In this document: piece after piece, positions 18,383 to 26,692 of the stretch
How positions within the stretch are numbered: the first letter of the stretch is position 1
How the letters are laid out: every line of letters begins with the position of its first letter
Virus record (IMG/VR): IMGVR_UViG_3300049202_000007
Span: 1-30,342 of that record
Reading direction: 5' to 3' (one strand)
DNA from: a virus
Taxonomy: Duplodnaviria; Caudoviricetes
DNA: 30,342 nt
The notes under the pieces: generated by a model
Told to the model about the DNA's origin: nothing
Database searches by the model: none
Seen by the model: only the letters and a program-made list of their open reading frames with translations
Made by a program: the position numbers and the translations under genes

Positions 18383-18802
18383 ATGACTGAAACACTAAAC
18401 CGTCCGAGCTGGTTATCGGTAGCAGTGGGCGCCTTCCTGCTTACCGCAGCATCATCCCTAGTCACCGTCTCCCTGAATTACGGAAAACAGGAAGCCGCTC
18501 TTGCATCCATCTCCGCAAAAAATGACGAGATGAACAGAGAGCGAGAAAAGAAAGACCTTGAGATCAAGGAGCTACGCCAAGCTTTCGCGAACCAACAACT
18601 CCAATTGGAAAATACGATGGCAAAGGTTCAGGCATTGCGAAATGACAGGTGTGCTCCCATCGCACTAGAAGTCTCGAACTTGATGAGTTCCATCAAGTAT
18701 CCCTACACAGGCGGCTTCGCCAGCGAACAGATTGAGCAACTACAGCGGGGTTTAGATGGTTATCAAAAAACCCTCCAGGCTTGCTACGCATCTCCTCTTT
18801 AG
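18383..18802 (+). CDS. Moron: membrane-anchored coiled-coil hypothetical protein
   Basis: Antisense to the late operon; hydrophobic residues about 10-32, then a heptad-rich region; two Cys. Confidence 0.8.
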   Translation: MTETLNRPSWLSVAVGAFLLTAASSLVTVSLNYGKQEAALASISAKNDEMNREREKKDLEIKELRQAFANQQLQLENTMAKVQALRNDRCAPIALEVSNLMSSIKYPYTGGFASEQIEQLQRGLDGYQKTLQACYASPL

Positions 18803-19069
18803 GCGCCGTGCTACCTGCTCTGGCTGCGCTTGATCTGGGCGTCCACCACGACCGGAGCCCACGACTCACCACTCGATGCATCAGCGATGCGTTGTGACCT
18901 TGCGACCGCCTACAGGTATGAGGAGGCAGAAACGAAAGGCCCATCGGACACTGGGCTTGGCTAGGTCGAAGAATTAAGCGATCAGACCCTGACTCAAATC
19001 ATGGATCCAATCTGAAATAGGTGTTATGAAAAGACGTGGCAATAAGCCACCTAATCAGATGGTGTTGAA

Positions 19070-19318
19070 ATGGTCTGGAAGAGCGACGACAACAAAAAGT
19101 ACCGCGGGAAGATTGATCGAGTTTTCGTTTCCTTGACTGAATCATGGGAGGTTGAGTACTACATCGACCATTACCTAAAGACTCGTGGACGCGCTTTAAC
19201 TGATGATAGTCGTAGCAAGGTTGCCCACAAACTCGAGGGTTCCCCTGGTCGGGCTCCGCATAAGCGCGACGACCTCACCGCTTGGCTTGATAAAGAGTGG
19301 GGGCTAGAAGCCAAGTAA
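19070..19318 (+). CDS. Moron: 82-aa hypothetical protein, N-terminus reminiscent of DUF3606
   Basis: SDDNKKYRGKIDRVFVSLTESWEVEYY; antisense orientation; AT-rich upstream region. Confidence 0.75.
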   Translation: MVWKSDDNKKYRGKIDRVFVSLTESWEVEYYIDHYLKTRGRALTDDSRSKVAHKLEGSPGRAPHKRDDLTAWLDKEWGLEAK

Positions 19319-19389
19319 CGATAAGTACCATTTGCGGCCTTTCTGCTGCACCGCGACACAATTTGCTAGTCGCGAAACGTGTCGCGTTT

Positions 19390-19728
19390 TTATGGGCCTT
19401 GGCGCTCCAGAACCTCGTTCACTTTGTCGGCGGCCTTTCCCGCAGTCTCTGCCGCCTCAGTTGCCTTGCCCGCTGCGCCTTCCACTTTGACGGCTGCCTC
19501 AGTGGCGCTCTTGGCCAGCTTGTTCAAGCGCATGTCGCGCTGCCTGGTAGCCTCGTCATAGCCGCGACGCACCTCGGCAACCTGGGCGGAATACCAGCTG
19601 GCCATCGACCATTGGGCAACCTGAAAGCCCAAAACTGATCCGCCGGCGACCAATAAGATCGCGATGACCCAGATCTCGGCGCGGCGCCACCAGCGGCGAG
19701 CGATGAATTCCATTGCGCATCTGTCCAT
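19390..19728 (-). CDS. Membrane protein, putative lysis-associated
   Basis: One N-terminal TM segment plus a helical tail; TGATG-coupled to the upstream gene. Confidence 0.7.
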   Translation of the reverse strand: MDRCAMEFIARRWWRRAEIWVIAILLVAGGSVLGFQVAQWSMASWYSAQVAEVRRGYDEATRQRDMRLNKLAKSATEAAVKVEGAAGKATEAAETAGKAADKVNEVLERQGP

Positions 19729-20099
19729 CAGTTGACGCCTCCCAGCTGGGCCCGCAAGCGCGCGATCTCGGCGCTCTGCGTTGTCACCTTGTCAGTGAGC
19801 TGAGCGATCTGGCTGGTCAAGGCCTCGACCTTCCCTTCCATCCGGCCAACTGCGGCGGCGAGCTCATTGCGTTCTTTGGCGAACTGGTCGGCCCTGGCTT
19901 CAGCGGCGTTTGCCCTTGCACGCTCAGTGTCGAGCAGTTCGTTCAGGCGGCGGACGGTGCCGATGTCGGCGTTATCCATTGCCCGGTCGGCCGCGTCCTT
20001 GGAAAGGAATTTCCTCAACCAGAGAAAGCCGCCCAGCAATACGGTGCCAGTACCGCCCAGCCAGGTAGCTGTGCCTGGGCCGAGGTCGGTAGGGTCCAT
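19728..20099 (-). CDS. Membrane-anchored coiled-coil protein, putative holin-position gene
   Basis: GGAG RBS before MDPTDLGPG; hydrophobic N-terminus plus coiled coil; first conserved-looking late gene. Function inferred from position. Confidence 0.7.
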   Translation of the reverse strand: MDPTDLGPGTATWLGGTGTVLLGGFLWLRKFLSKDAADRAMDNADIGTVRRLNELLDTERARANAAEARADQFAKERNELAAAVGRMEGKVEALTSQIAQLTDKVTTQSAEIARLRAQLGGVN

Positions 20100-20149
20100 C
20101 GCTACTCCAAAATAAGAATGGCCAGCACGGCCTGGGCATCGCCCTAAAC

Positions 20150-20177
20150 AAAAAAGCCCCGGCAAATGCCAGGGCTT
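20150..20177 (-). terminator. Intrinsic terminator after the acidic moron gene
   Basis: Minus strand reads AAGCCCTGGC-ATTT-GCCGGGGCTT-TTTT. Confidence 0.8.
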
Positions 20178-20194
20178 CCTTGGGAAACAAATAA

Positions 20195-20569
20195 TCAGAG
20201 TTGAGGCTCTTCCTCCCTAGGGGGAAGACTTGTGCAGTCGTCAACGGTAGCATCGGCGTTTTCAATAACGCGCCGGGCCTCCTCAATGATCTCAACGACA
20301 GTGGTCACGGTTTGCTTATCAAAATCAATATCCTCAAGGGCGTCGATGATTTCGCCGACCTCGCCAGGCAGACCCTCTGTTCGCAAAATCTCCTCCCCAT
20401 AAGGAAGGTCGTCAAGGGGGATATAGTTCCGATCTTGATGCCTGTTTTTGTAATCCTCGTCGATAGATATTGCCTCCTCCAAATAATCTTCGGCCTTCTC
20501 TTTTACTTCCTGGCCTCGATTTAGGAGCTCCTCGATTTCCGCCTTCATGCTCTCCAAATGCTGCGACAT
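20195..20569 (-). CDS. Moron: highly acidic hypothetical protein (124 aa)
   Basis: GAGGTG RBS before MSQHLE; hand count of 36 D/E vs 12 K/R. Confidence 0.85.
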   Translation of the reverse strand: MSQHLESMKAEIEELLNRGQEVKEKAEDYLEEAISIDEDYKNRHQDRNYIPLDDLPYGEEILRTEGLPGEVGEIIDALEDIDFDKQTVTTVVEIIEEARRVIENADATVDDCTSLPPREEEPQL

Positions 20570-20608
20570 GCGATGCACCTCTTAATGATGCTGCTTTCGG
20601 AGGCCCGC

Positions 20609-20637
20609 TATATATAGCGTTTCGCTCACCACGTCAA
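20609..20637 (-). promoter_or_regulatory. Sigma70-like promoter of the acidic gene
   Basis: TTGACG-N17-TATATA, with the -10 inside palindrome CGCTATATATAGCG (20606-20619). Confidence 0.55.
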
Positions 20638-20678
20638 GAGGTACGCATCGGCCTGCGCAGGAGCTCCGGAAATCGAGT

Positions 20679-20707
20679 TTTACGCCGGCTCACCTGAAGA
20701 ATATGTT
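20679..20707 (+). promoter_or_regulatory. Sigma70-like promoter of the 20763 gene
   Basis: TTTACG-N17-TATGTT; a second TGcTATGTT lies just downstream. Confidence 0.5.
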
Positions 20708-20762
20708 CGTGCTATGTTCGATCGGCCGTCTATTGCGGCTATAGGCCCAGCAAGGAGCAGAA

Positions 20763-21095
20763 ATGACCAACATTGAAAAGTTCGACGAGATTGCAAACAA
20801 GCTGTTTGGCTATCTCGAGGCGACATTCCCTATCCCCGCCAACATAGGCTTACCCTCGCTGCGATTGAAGACATCAAGGAAGCCGACGATCGACCCGGCG
20901 ACAGAAATTGAAACTGAGGCCGGTGAGCCCTTGACCGAAGACGAAAAGTATTTTGAGCCAACGGTTAGCTGGCTCATTGATGCCGGCTACATCAGGGCTG
21001 AAAAGGGGAAGATCTCCGGGTACTACGATTTCGTGCTAACAGAGAAAGGTCTGGCCCTGCAAGGAGTTCGACCCAAATCGTTAACTGGCAAATGA
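20763..21095 (+). CDS. Moron: winged-helix-like hypothetical protein
   Basis: AAGGAG RBS; TVSWLIDAGYI...FVLTEKG resembles a wHTH C-terminus. Confidence 0.82.
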   Translation: MTNIEKFDEIANKLFGYLEATFPIPANIGLPSLRLKTSRKPTIDPATEIETEAGEPLTEDEKYFEPTVSWLIDAGYIRAEKGKISGYYDFVLTEKGLALQGVRPKSLTGK

Positions 21096-21104
21096 AGCTT
21101 ATAT

Positions 21105-21130
21105 AAACCCCGGTTGATCTGGCCGGGGCT
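21105..21130. terminator. Hairpin between the + strand moron and the late leader
   Basis: CCCCGG-N9-CCGGGG with a T-rich tail on the minus strand. Confidence 0.5.
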
Positions 21131-21156
21131 GCTCTGTATTACCTAACCCTGAGAGC

Positions 21157-21182
21157 AAAACGCCCGGCGGTTTAGGCCGGGC
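21157..21182 (-). terminator. tR'-like terminator after the late promoter
   Basis: GCCCGGC-N7-GCCGGGC-GTTTT on the minus strand, shortly after Q. Confidence 0.65.
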
Positions 21183-21223
21183 ATTCTCTGTGGTGTCGCG
21201 CTTGAAAAGCTGAACACGGTGCC

Positions 21224-21252
21224 ATGAAAACAGTTGTTTATCCGCGTGGAAA
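21224..21252 (-). promoter_or_regulatory. Putative late promoter pR'
   Basis: TTTCCA-N17-TTTCAT immediately after the Q stop. Weak -10; mainly positional inference. Confidence 0.4.
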
Positions 21253-21259
21253 GAGGTTT

Positions 21260-21649
21260 CTACGCAGCTTCGCGAAACACCTCAATGGCGCAGTCCACCC
21301 AGGCCACGCCGGCCTTGATCAACTCGCGGGCTTTGGCTTCTCCCATGTCATTGTCCCTGGCAATTCGAAGTGCTGGCCACTTAGCGCCGAAGTACAACCA
21401 TATGAAGTTACCCATCTGCGCGTCTCGCGCTGCGAGCTTGGCTACCGCTCGATCGACCACCAGCGCAACATCATCCGTAACGCAGTAGTTTTTGATTCCA
21501 CCTTCGGTCACGTTGTTGTCGCGGATCAGGGCGTACAGCGGGGAGACGTACCGGGGAACGCCCATTCCGTCCATGCGCCACCAGCCCCATTGCTCCAGCA
21601 GGTATTCTGTGTCACCCAGGGGCTTGTTTACATACGTTCGTTTCTTCAT
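21260..21649 (-). CDS. Late antiterminator Q family protein
   Basis: LLEQWGWW...ITDD-like VTDDVALVVDRAVAKL...C-terminal HTH GVAWVD; last early gene. Confidence 0.88.
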   Translation of the reverse strand: MKKRTYVNKPLGDTEYLLEQWGWWRMDGMGVPRYVSPLYALIRDNNVTEGGIKNYCVTDDVALVVDRAVAKLAARDAQMGNFIWLYFGAKWPALRIARDNDMGEAKARELIKAGVAWVDCAIEVFREAA

Positions 21650-21933
21650 GCCGCTTTCCTCGGGTCTGGGTCACTCAGGCCGAACAGGTCTCGAAGCAAT
21701 CGATCAGCCGCAGTCTTCTTCGCATTGCCCTCCAGAAGCCAGCGCTGGCCGTAATCATGGAAACCGATCTGCAATCGGCTCGAGTGCCAACTGGCGACCA
21801 TATCCAACAGAGCTGCCAGCGCGGCTGGGCCACCCATTTTGACCTTCGCCAACTCCTCGCCGGCGATTTTCAGGAATTGGCATTCGATATCGCTCATGGC
21901 TTTGCGCGGCAGTACCGCTTTGACGTTACTCAT
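21646..21933 (-). CDS. Hypothetical protein
   Basis: GGAGG RBS before MSNVKA; overlaps dnaB stop and Q start. Confidence 0.8.
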   Translation of the reverse strand: MSNVKAVLPRKAMSDIECQFLKIAGEELAKVKMGGPAALAALLDMVASWHSSRLQIGFHDYGQRWLLEGNAKKTAADRLLRDLFGLSDPDPRKAA

Positions 21934-23302
21934 AGTCTTTCCTCCCCTTGCCGTATTTGCCGGCGTAGCTCGACCTGCCCATCTCGACGTCCTCGTTACT
22001 GGGCGGCTGCCCTTCGAAGTCGACAAACCGCACAAACTTGCCCTGCTGCTGGACCAGGCACGAGCCAACGCGGGCATGGCGAACCTTGCCGACGATCAAC
22101 TCGGTAACGCCGTTCTGCCCCTCCTCACTTTCCATATCCCTGTGCACCAGGATCACCACATCGGCGTCCTGCTCGATCTGGCCCGAGTCGCGAATGTCGC
22201 TTGGGCGTGGGCGCTTATCTGGTCGGTTGGTCGACCCGCGGTTGAGCTGCGCCAGCACGATCACCGGAATCTTGAGTTCCTTGGCCAGGTTCTTCAGGGC
22301 TGTGGATATCTTCCCGACTTCGAGGGATCGGTTCGAACTGCTCTCCGCGTTGATCAACTGGATGTAATCGATCACAAGGACGCTCAATCCCTCTCGACGC
22401 TGGCACTGGCGGGCAATTGAGCGAATGCGAGCAACCGTCATTCCGGCCTGGTCGTTTACGAACAGTTGGGCCTTGTTGAGGATGCTTACCGCACCGGTCA
22501 GCTTTGGCCAATCTTCATCTTCAAGATCACCGCTATCCAAGGTGCTCAGGTCGATGCTGCCAAGGGAGGACAGACCGCGGGTGATCAGTTCCTCCTTGGT
22601 CATCTCCATTGAGAAAGCCAAGCCGGAGCCATTGAGCTTGCAGGTGACGTGCTGGGCGATCTGAACGCCGAGAATGGTCTTGCCAGAACCCGTCAGACCG
22701 CCGATCACAATCATGTTGCCCGGGCGCAGACCCCGCACCAGCTCGTCCAGCTTCTCCAATCCAGTGGAGAGACCGGTGGGCATGGTCTTCTTGTACTTGG
22801 CGTCAATGGTGTCGATCACCGTTGGCAAGATATCGCTCGCCTTGTAGTAATCCTGCTGACCGTCGTCATCAAGGTCCCTTAGATCCGCCGTTGCTTGTTG
22901 GGCCATGGCGATAACTTCGGAGAGTGGACGCTCCTCATTCGCGGTGTCGTTGATCACGCAGGCCGCATCAACGATCTGCCGAAGGACTGCCCGCTCCCGG
23001 ACAATGCGAGCGTATGCCTTCCAGTTGGCGGCGCTCGGCACGTTCATGGCTAACTCGCCGGCGAGAGCGATCGTCGGCTGGCCACTGGGAAGGTTCTGAC
23101 GACGATCACTAAGTGTGACGACATCAATTGGAACCCCGGCAGCGTGACAATCAATCATGACTTGATAGAGCGCTGCGTTCTCCAAGTCGTGGAAGTCAGC
23201 CACAGCCACCTTGCTGGATATCTCATCGAAAAGGTCGGGCTTGCGCAGTATTGCCCCGAGGATGCCGAACTCGGCCTCATCGCTGAACAGTTCACGGCTC
23301 AT
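21926..23302 (-). CDS. dnaB: Replicative DNA helicase, phage-encoded DnaB family
   Basis: GLTGSGKT, FSMEM, VIDYIQL, LAQLNR, RDSGQIEQDAD. Confidence 0.96.
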   Translation of the reverse strand: MSRELFSDEAEFGILGAILRKPDLFDEISSKVAVADFHDLENAALYQVMIDCHAAGVPIDVVTLSDRRQNLPSGQPTIALAGELAMNVPSAANWKAYARIVRERAVLRQIVDAACVINDTANEERPLSEVIAMAQQATADLRDLDDDGQQDYYKASDILPTVIDTIDAKYKKTMPTGLSTGLEKLDELVRGLRPGNMIVIGGLTGSGKTILGVQIAQHVTCKLNGSGLAFSMEMTKEELITRGLSSLGSIDLSTLDSGDLEDEDWPKLTGAVSILNKAQLFVNDQAGMTVARIRSIARQCQRREGLSVLVIDYIQLINAESSSNRSLEVGKISTALKNLAKELKIPVIVLAQLNRGSTNRPDKRPRPSDIRDSGQIEQDADVVILVHRDMESEEGQNGVTELIVGKVRHARVGSCLVQQQGKFVRFVDFEGQPPSNEDVEMGRSSYAGKYGKGRKDYE

Positions 23303-24084
23303 ACGTCACCCCGTGCCGAAGCCCAGCGGAACACCACCACGATGCCGCTCTTGTCCCTCAGCCGGTCAACCGCCCGATCCCCCAGGCACTGGCGAAGCTC
23401 GGTCACGCCCAGGTTGCTCACCACAACGGTCGGTTTTACCCGCTCGTACCGGCCGTTGATAACCTCGAACAGTACCTGACGCTCGAAGTCGGTACCGTGC
23501 TGGACGCCTACTTCATCGATCACCAGAAGGTCGGGCCGGATCAGGTCGGCATAGACATCCGCCTCCGTGCGTCCTCGATTTCCGAAGGTGGCTTTCACGT
23601 CGCGGATGATCGAGCCCGCTGTGGCATAAAGCCCCCGTAGACCGTCGAGAGCGAATTCGCGAATCACCGCCTGGAGCATCGCCGTGCCCAGGTGGGTTTT
23701 GCCCGTGCCCACCGTGCCCAGCAGCATTGCCGAGCGTCCAACGGTGAAGTTCTCCTCAAACGCTTCGACGAAACCACCGCAGGCGGCAAGTGCCTGGCCC
23801 TGTGCTGGGGTAGTTACGCTCCAGTTGGCCAGCGTGCAGCCCATGAATCGCTCAGGGATACCCGCGTCCAACAGCCGCTCGTTCAGCACCCTGCCGCGCT
23901 GGATATTCACGGCCGGAATGCGCTGATCGAGATCTTGCGAATGGCGAGCATCGAAGTGGCAGCGCGGGCAACCCAACCAAACCGGATCGACGCCGAACTG
24001 TTGCACAAGGTGGTCAGGAAAGCGGCCATGCTCAGGGCAATCGCCCGCCCGGGTTTCCAGGGTGTACTTAGGTTTCGTAGTCAT
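23299..24084 (-). CDS. DnaC/IstB-like ATPase (helicase loader)
   Basis: N-terminal CPEH..CPRC, GIPERF, GTVGTGKTHL, LLVIDEVG, VVSNL, DRL. Confidence 0.93.
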   Translation of the reverse strand: MTTKPKYTLETRAGDCPEHGRFPDHLVQQFGVDPVWLGCPRCHFDARHSQDLDQRIPAVNIQRGRVLNERLLDAGIPERFMGCTLANWSVTTPAQGQALAACGGFVEAFEENFTVGRSAMLLGTVGTGKTHLGTAMLQAVIREFALDGLRGLYATAGSIIRDVKATFGNRGRTEADVYADLIRPDLLVIDEVGVQHGTDFERQVLFEVINGRYERVKPTVVVSNLGVTELRQCLGDRAVDRLRDKSGIVVVFRWASARGDV

Positions 24085-24830
24085 AGGGTCACGCTCGCAA
24101 TTCGGTAGGTGCCGTCGGATTGCCGCTCAAGGCCGTCTTCGTGATTGATCTGGTCGAGGTTGGTGTGGCGGGACTGCTTACCGCAGGCCGGCTTCAGTTC
24201 GTCTGTCCAGCGCTCTCCGTTCAACCAAGTTGACGCGTTCGGGACGTAGCGCCCACGGTCCTTGGTCCAATCCTCGGAAAGGCAGTGGCTGCCCAAGGCA
24301 GAGATCAGGGTCTGGCGCAGCTCCTGGTTCGGGTTCAACTTCGCCCAGGCCTTCGCTGCATCCTTGCGTCCCTTCTTTTTCGGGTACAGCTTCCAGAACT
24401 GCTCGAACCCTTCTGCCGCGTCTGAAGTGACCGTAGGTTTAGGTTCCTTGACTGGTTCAGAAGAGTGACTGGTTCTGGGGGCAGCTCCTGCCCCACCCCC
24501 TGGGTTATCTCCTGCCCCAGGTGGGTTATCTGGTGCCCCACCCCCTAGGTCAGGAACTGCCCCACCATCGAGCGACAAATGGAAAACATTCGACTGATTC
24601 AGCTCACCCTTACGGCGGTATTCCCGGCGAAGAAAGCCAGCCTTTTCCAGTTCACGAATGTGCAGCTTCACGGTGGAGCGGCCAATCTCACACTGGTCGG
24701 CGATATGTTGGTACGACGGCCAGCATTCGCCCTGATCGCTGGCGTTGTCAGCCAGCTTGACCAGCACCAGCTTGCGCAGCGGGTTGCCAACCTTGGTTTT
24801 CATGGCCTTGACCATCAGATCCATGCTCAT
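24081..24830 (-). CDS. Replication initiator (N-terminal HTH, lambda O-analogue)
   Basis: KLVLVKLADNASDQGECWPSYQHIADQCE, Gly/Pro repeat linker, FEQFWKLYPKK..WLNGERW. Confidence 0.92.
   Translation of the reverse strand: MSMDLMVKAMKTKVGNPLRKLVLVKLADNASDQGECWPSYQHIADQCEIGRSTVKLHIRELEKAGFLRREYRRKGELNQSNVFHLSLDGGAVPDLGGGAPDNPPGAGDNPGGGAGAAPRTSHSSEPVKEPKPTVTSDAAEGFEQFWKLYPKKKGRKDAAKAWAKLNPNQELRQTLISALGSHCLSEDWTKDRGRYVPNASTWLNGERWTDELKPACGKQSRHTNLDQINHEDGLERQSDGTYRIASVTL
24476..24564. repeat. Iterons / phage replication origin inside the initiator gene
   Basis: TGCCCCA at 24489, 24513, 24534 and 24558; TGGGTTATCT at 24501 and 24522; an inverted copy near 24476. Confidence 0.8.
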
Positions 24831-25063
24831 AGGTCGAGCTCCCGCGTTACCCGCGCAATGAACGCGTCATAACCCTCGGTCATGGTCACGCCGCGATCCT
24901 CCAACGCGCCTCGGGCAGCCTTGGCCATGCCGTAGACCTCCCAGCGGTCGCGCTCAGGCAAGTGGCGGCAGTTGGAATAGTTCGGCCAGGGCCCGGCGAC
25001 TACTTCGGCAGTGGCAGGCGATACAGCCGGGGTTCCGGTAGTTGGTTTCGAAGTGATGGTCAT
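24827..25063 (-). CDS. Hypothetical protein
   Basis: GGAG RBS; ATGA coupling at both ends. Confidence 0.75.
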   Translation of the reverse strand: MTITSKPTTGTPAVSPATAEVVAGPWPNYSNCRHLPERDRWEVYGMAKAARGALEDRGVTMTEGYDAFIARVTRELDL

Positions 25064-25653
25064 TGCAGAGTCTCCCCGGGCTTGCGGCTGATCTGGGCGG
25101 CCATCGCTTCCACGGTTCCACCAGACAGGCGCAGCACCAGCAGGCGCAGCGCAGTAGCGGAGTCGATAGAGAGGGTGCGAGCCTCGTCCAGGGCCAGAGC
25201 CTGTGGCGAGTGGTCCATGATCAGAATTCGAACGCGATCGCTGTAGTTGAATGCCGCGCAAGCCAGCTGCTGGTCGGTCAGGCCGTCGAATGCCTCGTCG
25301 GGCAGACACTCGACCGGGTACACGACGACGGGGATTTTGTTTTCCGGGCGCGGCTCACCTGCCAGCAGGTGGCGGGTCATTGCCTCCCAGTGATCTTGGG
25401 CAACTTGCCTCGCATCGTGACCGGTCCTGCGCCTGAACAGCACCTTGAGCGCGTAGTAGGCGCGATACAGGTCAATGTGAGTGTCATCCTCTTTCTCGAT
25501 GGAGTATTCAGGCTCGTCGATCACGTCCAAGGCGTCCTTGACGACCTCGAAGCACTTCAGCAGTAGGGCAGCGTCGGGATATTTCTCGAAGTTGGCCTCA
25601 TCGATGTGCTCCACGATCTGCGCCGGCTGGGGGAAATTCAGTACGTTTTTCAT
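25060..25653 (-). CDS. Hypothetical protein
   Basis: GAGG RBS before MKNVLNFP; ATGA coupling. Confidence 0.8.
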   Translation of the reverse strand: MKNVLNFPQPAQIVEHIDEANFEKYPDAALLLKCFEVVKDALDVIDEPEYSIEKEDDTHIDLYRAYYALKVLFRRRTGHDARQVAQDHWEAMTRHLLAGEPRPENKIPVVVYPVECLPDEAFDGLTDQQLACAAFNYSDRVRILIMDHSPQALALDEARTLSIDSATALRLLVLRLSGGTVEAMAAQISRKPGETLQ

Positions 25654-26402
25654 GTGGGATTCCTCTGGCACAGCTTGAAGCGGCCCTGCTGAATATCTGG
25701 ATGGGTGGCGCGCTCGGGCGTGACGAAGTTGCATTCGGCGGCGAACCGGTCAAAGCGGCGAGTGATGTCGGCCTTGGGCCAGATCGCGTATGGCTGGGCG
25801 CCGTCATCGGCGTGCTTGCTGCGCACCATGGCGAATGGGAGGGGCGCGCCCGGGATGTCGCGCATGACAGCGTTGATGACCCACTGGGGAAGCCCCAAAC
25901 GCAGGTTGATGCGCTCACGAATCGAGGTCATCGACTCGAAGCCTGCTGGCCTGGAGTCCAGGTAACGTACCTGCTCAACATTGGCCACCCGCGTTTCTAT
26001 CCGCTCCAGCGCCACCTGCTGCTCCCGCTGCTGGCGCTCGACGGCAACGAGGTGGTTCGCGTTGGCGGCGGTGATCTCGGCCTGGGTCATGGGACGGGCA
26101 GCCTGCTCTTCTAGGGCCTGCCACCGATCTACCAAAGCAGCGGTGAATTCCGGGCAGAGCTGCGCCACAACAACGAAGCTGTCGCGCTTGTTGACCAAGT
26201 ACTCGGTAGCAGGACGGCCGAGGCTATCGAGGTATTCCCCCAGTGGGGGAAGATCGATAACAGGCTTTCCGTTGTTGTCTATGCGAGCAGCCAAGCGCTC
26301 AATGGATTGCTTGACCTTGTCATGGCGAGAGCCGACCAGATCAGCGATCTCTCGGGAGGACATGGTGACGGCATCGCCACCGCTGAATGGAGTGATGGTC
26401 AT
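25650..26402 (-). CDS. Rha-family regulatory / antirepressor-like protein
   Basis: TMSSREIADLVGSRHDKVKQSIERL...KRDSFVVVAQLCPEFTAALVDRWQALE; GGAGG RBS. Confidence 0.88.
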   Translation of the reverse strand: MTITPFSGGDAVTMSSREIADLVGSRHDKVKQSIERLAARIDNNGKPVIDLPPLGEYLDSLGRPATEYLVNKRDSFVVVAQLCPEFTAALVDRWQALEEQAARPMTQAEITAANANHLVAVERQQREQQVALERIETRVANVEQVRYLDSRPAGFESMTSIRERINLRLGLPQWVINAVMRDIPGAPLPFAMVRSKHADDGAQPYAIWPKADITRRFDRFAAECNFVTPERATHPDIQQGRFKLCQRNPT

Positions 26403-26692
26403 TGGGCATCCTCCGAATGTCGCGACACGCTTGTGTCGTGCGCGTTTTGTGTCGCACACTCAGCGGACACTGTCTTGAAGTGCTCGATTGCTTGGCCGAC
26501 CCCAGAGAAATCGGTGTCATCCAGATAGTTGACGAGGTCAACCAGCACTTTCGTGTCGCGGTCGTCCCCTTTTGCTTCACGAGCAATTGCCCTGGCCAAA
26601 GCAGCTAGCCATTGAAGGTTCTCTCGGGCGACAACCAACTGGAACTCCGCCTCGTCAGCGACGTTTTTAACGGTAGGTTTTGAGGTCGTCAC
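26399..26692 (-). CDS. Hypothetical protein
   Basis: GTG start overlapping the upstream stop (GTGA). Confidence 0.7.
   Translation of the reverse strand: MTTSKPTVKNVADEAEFQLVVARENLQWLAALARAIAREAKGDDRDTKVLVDLVNYLDDTDFSGVGQAIEHFKTVSAECATQNAHDTSVSRHSEDAQ

Noticed and set aside
18803-19069. Possible small ORFs or ncRNA between the two + strand morons
   Set aside because: Only short ORFs without convincing composition and no stable repeated structure seen by eye; may be a gene remnant.
24476-24564. Spaced repeats as a possible CRISPR or DGR element
   Set aside because: Short degenerate repeats inside the initiator gene, with no unique spacers, cas genes or reverse transcriptase; better explained as iterons.
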